This document shows, piece by piece, positions 56,335-64,000 of a stretch of DNA of 64,000 nucleotides. The notes under the pieces are model-generated. The model searched no databases, had not been told where the DNA came from, and was given only the letters and a program-made list of their open reading frames with translations. Position 1 is the first letter of the stretch, and the number at the start of each line of letters is the position of its first letter. Both the position numbers and the translations under genes were made by a program. Source of the DNA: Candidatus Latescibacterota bacterium (GTDB lineage: Bacteria; Latescibacterota; UBA2968); NCBI GenBank assembly GCA_965208125.1, contig OZ242320.1, forward strand, positions 192,001 to 256,000, written 5' to 3'.

Positions 56335-59300
56335 TTACAAACCAGGACGTTCAATACCCAACTTTTTCATTTTGCTGTACAGAGTAGAAGGCGGTAATCC
56401 CAGCAGAATCGCCGCACCCTTTGCTCCTTTTACCCGCCAGTTGGTGTCTTGAAGCACTTCAATGAGGTATCGGCGTTCAAATTCCTCCAAAGGCACGACT
56501 TTGGGATCTTGAGAAACTGGCGACGCATTATCTTCTATATGAGAACCATATAGTCCGAGATCTCGCACATCAATTTGAGAACCGCGGCACACGATAACCG
56601 CTCGTTGTATGATATGCTCCAGTTCCCGCACATTTCCTGGCCAATAGTAGGTTTGCAATCCCTCTATAACATCTGGCGTCAAGGCACCGACTTGCTTTCC
56701 CAGATGTGTAGCTATGCGAGTCTTGAAAAATTCGGCCAGACGCGGTATATCCTCCTTGCGCTCGCGCAGGGGGGGGAGAATAATTGGAAAAACCTGGAAA
56801 CGATAATACAGATCCTCGCGGAAAGTACCTGCACTGACCATCTCCTGCAGGTCGCGATTGGTCGCTGCCACAATCCGCGCCTGCACCCTCAGTATCTCGT
56901 TACCCCCAACGCGCTCAAAAGTACGCTCTTCCAGCAAACGCAACATCCTGGTCTGCGTTTTCGGAGCCATATCACCAATCTCATCCAAAAAGAGCGTGCC
57001 GCCCTTAGCCAATTCCACCTTGCCCAGCTTGCGAGACACTGCGCTGGTAAACGCCCCCTTCTCATGACCAAAAAGTTCACTATCGATCAGCGTTTCAGGC
57101 AATGCACCGCAGTTGACCTGTATAAAAGGACCATCGCAATGGGGACTCAGCGCGTGTAGCACCCGCGCAGCCAATCCCTTACCCACACCTGTCTCGCCCA
57201 GAATCAGCACAGTTATATCAGTAGATGCCACCTCCATGAGTTTGATTTGAAACTGGTGCATAGCTTTGCTCTGCCCGATAAACTCTTTGCCAACACCATC
57301 TGTGCTGTTGAGCGCGGAGGTCAGCGCGCTGATGCGCGGATCCCTCTCTACGGAGAGTTGCACCTGCGTCATCTCTGAGTAATTGAGGTCGCGATCTACA
57401 GCCCTGACCTGAAAGGTATAGTCTCCCGGTGGCAGGTCCCGATAATAGACCCGCATCTCTCGGATCGCTGGCTGCCAGTCGTGGTCATAGCCCTTCAAAC
57501 GATAGACATAGAGCATGTCGCGGGGATGAGTGGAAAAACTCAGGCCTTTATACTCGAAAATCACACTCTGCTCTGTCGTAGATAGGACTCTTTCCTCTAA
57601 GTTCTCATAGACCTTATCCGCGACGACCTGGAGCAGGCGAACCGCGGGGGGCGTCTGTCGTGGGCGGTAGCGTATTATGGCCTCCCCGGCAGTGCCGAAC
57701 CAGAAATTTCCGTCGTGATCTTCAAGTATTTGAAGAACCGATCCTATATGCGGTGACTTGATGGTCTGAAAAAGCTGACCATCGTAGTGAGCTACCCCCC
57801 CGTCCATGCCGAGCCAGAGATGTCCTCGCGAATCCTCAAATAAGCAATGGATGCGGTTGCACGGCAAGCCATCTTCGGTGGTAAAGTTGCGAAAAACAAC
57901 ACCATCAAAGCAACTGAGACCTCTTTGAGTGGCGATCCACAAATTGCCGTGTCGGTCTTCTAATAAGTCGGTAATCCGGTTATCTAACAACCCATCTGCA
58001 ACAGTATAAAAAGAAATACCGTCTTCTATGTGCCACCGCCCGATACCCTTGCCACTGTCGAAGGGATTGTAGGTGCTCACACTAAACCAGAATTCACGGT
58101 CGCGCCTGGCGACCAGAGCACTAATATAGTTGAATTGCTCTTCTTTCTTCTCAAAAACGGTTTGGGACTGCCCATCCCGGTAGTAAACGATCTGCAGTGG
58201 TCTGGCAAACATCTCTTCTGTTTTTTTTCTAAGACCATTTTCCCACTGTCCAAAAATAAGTTGCCCATCCCGGCCCTCGGCGATTGCGCTGACACCCACT
58301 TCACCAGTACCTACGGCAATGTCCATTTTTTGAAAGGCCTGCCCATCGTAGCGGAACAGACCGTTATCCCCTCCAAACCACAGGTGTCCATCGCGGTCCT
58401 CGTAGATGGCGGAACAACTATTGAGATCAAGACCCTGTTTTGCTCCAACAAATTCAAAGTGCTCGCCATCAAAGCGCGCCAGGCTTTTGGTTGCGGGGCC
58501 CAGAAAAGGCTCGGAAAATCCGAGCCATATATCTCCCTGTCGATCCTGCAACATCCGTGATATTCTACTATCATCTTCGGGAAAATTCGCACCAAAATCG
58601 AAAATACTGATACCATGCGCATCGTATAGTCCTAAACCGCCGCCCCATGTGGCGAACCAGAACTGATACTCGCGATCCTGAAATACGGCGTTGACAACGG
58701 GATGGGGCAGACCATCGACAAGGGTAAACCTGCCGAATCCATCACCATTCCAGTAGAGGACCCCTGTCGAGGTACAGAACCACATCCGACCTTCGCGGTC
58801 ACACTGAATTTTGCGTAACTCACCACCCAAATTCACCTCAACAGACTGAAAGGTGCCATCGGCATAGCACCACAGTCCATCTCTGCGCTGCGATCGACCA
58901 ATCCACACCTTGCCAGTATGATCCTTGCCCACAGTATAGCTACTCTGGTCTGGGGGAAAACCCTCCTCCTCTTCGTAGCGGTGAAAGGATGCGCCATCAA
59001 AGCGGATGAGATAATTAAATCCAAACCACAGGTGACCTTCCGCATCCTGGGTAATACCCCAACACTGGTTAGACCACCCAGGAGAAGGCGGCTCCTGGTA
59101 GTGCTGTAGATAGAGTGGAATCAGGTCGTGGAAAGCTGTACCATCGTAATATCCCAGGGTACTGATACCGCCAAACCATATACGGCCCTTATTATCTTCG
59201 TAGATGAATAACACGGACCGACCTGCGATCCCATCGTCCTCCAAATGATGGAAAACCACTCCATCGTACCAGCAGACCCCATTCATAGTACCGAACCATA

Positions 59301-59532
59301 GCCGATCCTGACTATCCAAATGGATGGCAAAAACTCGATCGCTACACAAACCATCCTGTTCGGTAAACGTCTCGAACTTGTCCCCATCAAAGCGGCTGAC
59401 ACCACTATCCCAGGTAGCAATCCAGAGACACCCCTCGCTATCTTCGGCGATATGTTCGGTACGCACCCCAGCCAGACCATTGGCAAGAGAATAAGCCCGC
59501 CAGATGCCCTTTCTGTCGAGTGACTCAATCAT
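56335..59532 (-). CDS. sigma54-dependent activator: beta-propeller sensor + Y_Y_Y + AAA+ + HTH (paralog of 36426-39617)
   Basis: Same architecture and motifs, colinear over the whole length. Confidence 0.92.
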   Translation of the reverse strand: MIESLDRKGIWRAYSLANGLAGVRTEHIAEDSEGCLWIATWDSGVSRFDGDKFETFTEQDGLCSDRVFAIHLDSQDRLWFGTMNGVCWYDGVVFHHLEDDGIAGRSVLFIYEDNKGRIWFGGISTLGYYDGTAFHDLIPLYLQHYQEPPSPGWSNQCWGITQDAEGHLWFGFNYLIRFDGASFHRYEEEEGFPPDQSSYTVGKDHTGKVWIGRSQRRDGLWCYADGTFQSVEVNLGGELRKIQCDREGRMWFCTSTGVLYWNGDGFGRFTLVDGLPHPVVNAVFQDREYQFWFATWGGGLGLYDAHGISIFDFGANFPEDDSRISRMLQDRQGDIWLGFSEPFLGPATKSLARFDGEHFEFVGAKQGLDLNSCSAIYEDRDGHLWFGGDNGLFRYDGQAFQKMDIAVGTGEVGVSAIAEGRDGQLIFGQWENGLRKKTEEMFARPLQIVYYRDGQSQTVFEKKEEQFNYISALVARRDREFWFSVSTYNPFDSGKGIGRWHIEDGISFYTVADGLLDNRITDLLEDRHGNLWIATQRGLSCFDGVVFRNFTTEDGLPCNRIHCLFEDSRGHLWLGMDGGVAHYDGQLFQTIKSPHIGSVLQILEDHDGNFWFGTAGEAIIRYRPRQTPPAVRLLQVVADKVYENLEERVLSTTEQSVIFEYKGLSFSTHPRDMLYVYRLKGYDHDWQPAIREMRVYYRDLPPGDYTFQVRAVDRDLNYSEMTQVQLSVERDPRISALTSALNSTDGVGKEFIGQSKAMHQFQIKLMEVASTDITVLILGETGVGKGLAARVLHALSPHCDGPFIQVNCGALPETLIDSELFGHEKGAFTSAVSRKLGKVELAKGGTLFLDEIGDMAPKTQTRMLRLLEERTFERVGGNEILRVQARIVAATNRDLQEMVSAGTFREDLYYRFQVFPIILPPLRERKEDIPRLAEFFKTRIATHLGKQVGALTPDVIEGLQTYYWPGNVRELEHIIQRAVIVCRGSQIDVRDLGLYGSHIEDNASPVSQDPKVVPLEEFERRYLIEVLQDTNWRVKGAKGAAILLGLPPSTLYSKMKKLGIERPGL

Positions 59533-59700
59533 GGTTAAGAAACCTCATGATATGGGTGAAAAAAACTCTACTCCTCCCTCAAAATATCATGCTACATCCC
59601 AGCCAATCTTCTTTTGAATCAGTAATTCTAATTACTTTTGACGCTTTACCGCTTCAATAGTTCGGATCCTTAAAGAAAATATCAATTCTGTTTGAAAAGA

Positions 59701-59716
59701 CGCAATATGCGTGCCA
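59701..59716 (-). promoter_or_regulatory. sigma54 -24/-12 promoter (cassette 1)
   Basis: TGGCAC-GCATA-TTGCG. Confidence 0.85.
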
Positions 59717-59793
59717 ACGTGAATCTCTTGAGGTGATTCTAATCATAAAAGATTATTTTTAATCAAGATATAATTTTTTTTATAAATAAAAAA

Positions 59794-59848
59794 CCAGACT
59801 GTACTATATCTTCATGGACGATAGGTCGTCCATGAAGAGTCAATCTGG
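59794..59848. promoter_or_regulatory. Palindromic enhancer (UAS)
   Basis: Perfect 13-bp arms TCTTCATGGACGA-tagg-TCGTCCATGAAGA, flanked by CCAGA/TCTGG. Confidence 0.7.
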
Positions 59849-60078
59849 CTTCTTTAAATCCTAACTATATGTAGAGTTTTTCAATAAAAGTCTTTATATC
59901 GTCTAAAAGATTATATATCGCCCTTATTAAAAAATATTTCTGACTCGTTTACGCAACGCCCAGCCGGGATATTTATCCGGGTCGATAAACACTTGTCCCA
60001 GATAGAGAGACCTTCTGGGATCGCGCGTCGCCTCCATCTCTTCGAGAGCAGGGCGCGCTTCATTATTCATATCCATCG

Positions 60079-61365
60079 TCATATCTCCTTTGCCACACAG
60101 GCAACCGCTTCAATTGTCGCATCAATCACATCATCTGTATGCGCTGTCGATAAAAACCACGCCCCTCGCTCCAGCGCGCGCACGCCTTTGTAATGAAGTG
60201 CTTCCGTAAATTTGATATACCGCTCGCGATCCGCTTGAAGCGAACTGCGATAATCAGTAACTGGAGAATCGACGCCAAAACCAACGTGAAAAATCTGCGA
60301 AAAACCAGCAACCCGCGCTTGAATATCGGCCTCTTTCAGTGCGCGCGCAATACCTTCTATAAGCCGATTGCCCCGCGCATTGAGCACGCCAAACGTCTCT
60401 TTTTTGCCCAACTCGGTCAGCGTAGCAATCACTGCGGCCATAGAAGCGGGTTGAGCATTATAAGTACCTCCGTGCATCACACCCGCGCCAAGCATATCCA
60501 TCAAATCGCCCCGCCCGGCCAAACACGAAACCGGAAACCCATTGGCTATCGCCTTGCCAAACGTCGCCAGATCGGGCGTCACCCCAAAGTATTGCTGCGC
60601 GCCGCCAGGTGCCACGCGAAACCCTGTAATCACCTCGTCAAAAATGAGCACCGTTCCCGTATCGGTACACACTTCCCGAACACCTTCCAAATAGCCCTCA
60701 GCGGGAAAAATTGTGCTGGTATTGCACATCGCAGGCTCCATAATAACAGCTGCGACATCCCCGCGTTTCAGGCGCGCACTCAGAAGCTCCAGATTATTCC
60801 AGGGAAGCACCTCAGTATGCTGCCCCACCAACAGGTCTTGCCCTGCACTGGCGGGAATGGGAACGGGCACATCAGCCGGACCATACTGATCGGGTGGAGG
60901 CGCGACAGACCACAGCACATTGTCAAACCACCCGTGATAATGTCCCTCAAATTTGATCACATACAACCGCTCCGTAGCCGCGCGTGCCAGACGCAAAGCC
61001 GCTTGCACCACTTCGCTACCCGTGCAGTTAAACCGCACCCGCTCCGCGCATGGCACCATATCGCAAACCATCCTGGCTGCCTCTTGCTCAATCTCTGTCT
61101 GCCCGGCAAAGAGAATGCCCGACTCGAGCTGTTTCCGAACAGCAGATAGCACGGGTTCCGGATTGTGCCCGAGAATCATCGGCCCCATGCCCAGATAATA
61201 ATCGATCAAACGATTGCCATCCACATCGTAGAGATACGGCCCTTCGCCCCGTTCAAAAACCAGAGGCGTGGGAACCATCCCCAGTCGAAAATTGCTGTTC
61301 ACACCACCCGGTAAATAGCGCGAGGCTTCGGCAATCAGACGTCTGGATTTTTCAAAAGATTTCAT
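60079..61365 (-). CDS. Class III aminotransferase, glutamate-1-semialdehyde aminomutase-like
   Basis: PGGVNS, DVDGN..IDY, FEGHYHG, FDEVITGFR, PDLATFGK, HGGTYN. Confidence 0.85.
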   Translation of the reverse strand: MKSFEKSRRLIAEASRYLPGGVNSNFRLGMVPTPLVFERGEGPYLYDVDGNRLIDYYLGMGPMILGHNPEPVLSAVRKQLESGILFAGQTEIEQEAARMVCDMVPCAERVRFNCTGSEVVQAALRLARAATERLYVIKFEGHYHGWFDNVLWSVAPPPDQYGPADVPVPIPASAGQDLLVGQHTEVLPWNNLELLSARLKRGDVAAVIMEPAMCNTSTIFPAEGYLEGVREVCTDTGTVLIFDEVITGFRVAPGGAQQYFGVTPDLATFGKAIANGFPVSCLAGRGDLMDMLGAGVMHGGTYNAQPASMAAVIATLTELGKKETFGVLNARGNRLIEGIARALKEADIQARVAGFSQIFHVGFGVDSPVTDYRSSLQADRERYIKFTEALHYKGVRALERGAWFLSTAHTDDVIDATIEAVACVAKEI

Positions 61366-61395
61366 GTAATTCCCAAATTTTTATAGCGATCAACT

Positions 61396-61473
61396 CATCC
61401 TGTTTATCCTTCAATCCTGAAACCCCTGATCGCTTTCATCCTGTTCATCCTTCAATCCTGAAAATCCTGATCC
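61396..61473. repeat. Short ATCCT(G)-based direct-repeat element
   Basis: TCATCCTGTT[TC]ATCCTTCAATCCTGAAA occurs twice and overlaps the GT2 stop codon. Confidence 0.55.
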
Positions 61474-62409
61474 GAGTTCCATAGATCGCACACGCGAGGA
61501 AACATCTTCAAGAAGGGCGCGGTTGGTGGCGATAAGATCGGCGACAATACCGGTGAGAAACATCTGAAATCCGGCGAGCAAGAGGATAGCGGCGAGTATA
61601 AGCGATTGAATGTGGAGTGCGCCTTCGTCGGTAAAAAAGAAAAAATAGAGAAATCGGAGACCGATTAACGTGCCAAAAGCGAACACAACAGCACCAAAAG
61701 CTGAAAAAATGCGGAGTGCCTTGTAGCGTGCGTAAGTCCGCAGACTAATCATGCCCGACTTAAAAACAAATACACCTGGATTTTTGAAAAGACGCGATTC
61801 GCGCGTTTTGGGATTCGTGCGAATGGGCACAGTTTCAACAGCGAGACGGTCTTGACCCGCTTGCACAACATGCTCGGCGGTGTGATCAAAATCCGTAAAC
61901 ATCGACAGATGCAGGACCGCATCTCTTGAAAAGGCGCGAAAACCACTGGCGACATCGGGCACCTCAATATGGGCGAGGCGACTGATGACGCGACTGCCCA
62001 AACGCTGTAGCCATCGCTTAAAAAAAGAAAAGTGGCCGATACCACTTGTTTGTCGATCTCCAATCACGATATGAGCGCGCTTTTCGAGAATGGGCTGAAC
62101 GAGCGCCGCTATATCGGGACCGTAGTACTGGTTATCCCCATCGGTATTGACAATAATATCGGCACCGAGTTTGAGGCAAGTGTCAAAACCCGCTTTGAAT
62201 GCATGCCCCAGACCGCGATTTTTGGGGAATCTGATAATATGATCCACACCGAGGTCGCGCGCGACCTCTGACGTGCGATCCGTAGAACCATCATCAATGA
62301 CCAGAATCTCAACTTTATCAATACCGGGAACTTCGCGCGGAATATCGTTAACAGTAGCGGGCAGGGTTTCTTCTTCGTTGAGGCAGGGGATTTGGACAAT
62401 CAGTTTCAT
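61411..62409 (-). CDS. Glycosyltransferase family 2 (DPM-synthase/ArnC-like, two C-terminal TMs)
   Basis: IPCLNEE, IDDGSTD, N.GLG, TDGDNQY, D..SGFRA. Confidence 0.9.
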   Translation of the reverse strand: MKLIVQIPCLNEEETLPATVNDIPREVPGIDKVEILVIDDGSTDRTSEVARDLGVDHIIRFPKNRGLGHAFKAGFDTCLKLGADIIVNTDGDNQYYGPDIAALVQPILEKRAHIVIGDRQTSGIGHFSFFKRWLQRLGSRVISRLAHIEVPDVASGFRAFSRDAVLHLSMFTDFDHTAEHVVQAGQDRLAVETVPIRTNPKTRESRLFKNPGVFVFKSGMISLRTYARYKALRIFSAFGAVVFAFGTLIGLRFLYFFFFTDEGALHIQSLILAAILLLAGFQMFLTGIVADLIATNRALLEDVSSRVRSMELGSGFSGLKDEQDESDQGFQD

Positions 62410-62411
62410 TT

Positions 62412-64000
62412 TTAATCGCCAAAAATAGCAGCTGAGGCGGCTTCGGCCTTTTCCATTTTTTCTTCATCGGATAAATCGCCCATCGCTTTGTAAAAAATTT
62501 CATCGTAATCGCGCGTTTTGATAACCACGGGCATAGGGACCGCATGCCCAAATACGAGGGCTTGCTGCTTGGAATCGAGACTGGCCAGAACACTTCGCAA
62601 ACCACTGGCATTGGAAACACCTGTGAGTACCCCCTGGATGTCTTTTTCATCATTGAGCAAAGCCGTGATTTTTGTGCCGAGTTGTGAAAGCACTTCTTCG
62701 TCAATACCCGAGGGACGCTGGTCAACCACGAGAAGCGAAACGTAGTATTTACGCATTTCTCTGGCAATCGTACCAAAAATGGTTTGCCTTGCAGTCGCGG
62801 GATTGAGAAACTTGTGGGCTTCTTCAATGGTGATAACCAGGTGTCGCGGCTGATCTTCGGGATTTTGCGAGGCGTAAAACTTTTCGCTTTTTGTGACGTA
62901 CTGTTCGTGAATGCGGCGAGAGAGAATATTCGCCACGAGCAAATACGCGAGCATGCCGGTCTGCCGACCAAATTCGAGTACAATGTGAATACCTCGATCG
63001 ATGTAGTCCATCATCGTATCGACAGCATCGGCACCATTCAGACTATTGACCAAAAAGGGAAAGTTTTCAAGGCGTTTGAGTTTGCGATGCAGCGCAGAAA
63101 GCGAACTTTTATTTGCGCCAATATCCTCGGCAAATTGCTCGACATCGGGACCATCAATAGAAAGCAATTGGCGCAGCCAGCGGTCTTTGTACATCGCGTA
63201 AACCAGATAGGCAGACTCAGAGGCCGTGGGATTGAGTTGCAGTTCGTCTTGCAACGCGATAACATCTTCAACCGCAACTTGATCGTAAGTAATGTACACC
63301 TCGTGATCGGGTTGAATACCGCGCTGACGAGACGATTCGGGATCGAGAGAAAACAGAGCGACCCGATTCCCAAAAAGCTGCTTGAGACCCTTGACAAAGC
63401 TATTTCCCTGTCCGCCCTCTTTCATAGCGCGAAAACCGTATTCGTTGTGCATATCAAAAATGAGATTGACGGCTTTCTTGTTTTTAATCAGACCGCACAA
63501 GACCAGACGCGTGAGAAAGGACTTACCCGTACCCGTTTTGCCAAAAATACCGTTACTGCGTTCGACAAAGCGATTGAGATTGATACACACCGGCGTATCC
63601 ATATCCAGCGGTGTGCCCATATTGAAAAACCGGTCGTCTTTTTCCTCGCTGCCGAAAACGCGCGATACATCCTCTTCTTCAGCTTCAACAACTTTGGAAA
63701 AATGACTGGGAATAGTTTTCACCGGACGCGGTTCATCGACTATTTCTTCGCCCTGTTCCAGCATAAGCATGGGGCGCAGTGCAACGGTGACATAGGTACT
63801 GGACCCATTGAGAACGCTGTGCAACAACTGATCGCCCTCGCGCGGCGGATAAAGCAAAATCTCGGGATTAGTGGCATCCAAACTCAGGTCGGTAATCATG
63901 GAGAAAAATTGATTTTTATAGCCCTCAATAACCACAAATTTGCCGGCTTTGACGTCTTCCACACTGCGATCGGGGTTGAGCTTCATCTCAACGCCCTCGG
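62412..64000 (-). CDS. herA: HerA-like ATPase/helicase (5' partial)
   Basis: GKTGTGKS Walker A, IFDMHNEY, IEEAH Walker B, IAREMRKY, DQRPS; frame stays open to the window edge. Confidence 0.8.
   Translation of the reverse strand, partial: EGVEMKLNPDRSVEDVKAGKFVVIEGYKNQFFSMITDLSLDATNPEILLYPPREGDQLLHSVLNGSSTYVTVALRPMLMLEQGEEIVDEPRPVKTIPSHFSKVVEAEEEDVSRVFGSEEKDDRFFNMGTPLDMDTPVCINLNRFVERSNGIFGKTGTGKSFLTRLVLCGLIKNKKAVNLIFDMHNEYGFRAMKEGGQGNSFVKGLKQLFGNRVALFSLDPESSRQRGIQPDHEVYITYDQVAVEDVIALQDELQLNPTASESAYLVYAMYKDRWLRQLLSIDGPDVEQFAEDIGANKSSLSALHRKLKRLENFPFLVNSLNGADAVDTMMDYIDRGIHIVLEFGRQTGMLAYLLVANILSRRIHEQYVTKSEKFYASQNPEDQPRHLVITIEEAHKFLNPATARQTIFGTIAREMRKYYVSLLVVDQRPSGIDEEVLSQLGTKITALLNDEKDIQGVLTGVSNASGLRSVLASLDSKQQALVFGHAVPMPVVIKTRDYDEIFYKAMGDLSDEEKMEKAEAASAAIFGD

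Noticed and set aside
60079-61365. Assigning the symbol hemL
   Set aside because: It has GGVNSNFR rather than the canonical GGVNSPVR and no heme-gene context; only the family-level call is supported
62412-64000. HerA as part of an anti-phage defence system
   Set aside because: No Sir2 or nuclease partner is visible downstream; it resembles a housekeeping HerA(-NurA) gene, and the upstream context lies outside the window

Overview
Bacterial genomic window of about 50% GC. The gene styles (PhyH-HEAT fusion, sulfatase, cadherin/FN3/LRR giant protein with EF-hand/dockerin-like tags) resemble sponge-associated Latescibacterota/Poribacteria-like lineages; this taxonomy is an inference only. The left third (1-27 kb) is mostly metabolic. 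It holds glnK-amtB, a 2-hydroxyacid dehydrogenase and a sulfatase, hisN, a triple-RidA-domain protein, a plant-type galacturonokinase homolog with a nucleotidyltransferase opposite uxuA, a diheme cytochrome c, a TonB-receptor/TPR operon, and a solo tnpB element that appears to sit inside a host start codon. An unannotated ~340-nt structured RNA candidate at about 13.0-13.35 kb has its own promoter and terminator. The region 27.4-59.9 kb is a ~32-kb minus-strand glycan-utilisation island built from four homologous sigma54 promoter/enhancer cassettes and three paralogous sigma54 activators. Two activators are soluble beta-propeller + Y_Y_Y + AAA+ fusions and one has no sensor domain. The cassettes drive a ~3,290-aa cadherin/FN3/GH5/LRR protein, a chondroitinase-ABC-like PL8, and a GH-barrel/lipoprotein/MFS/GH3 operon with no SusC/D. 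The right end has a class III aminotransferase, a GT2 and a partial herA-like ATPase. All calls come from reading the sequence and motifs; no database searches were run.
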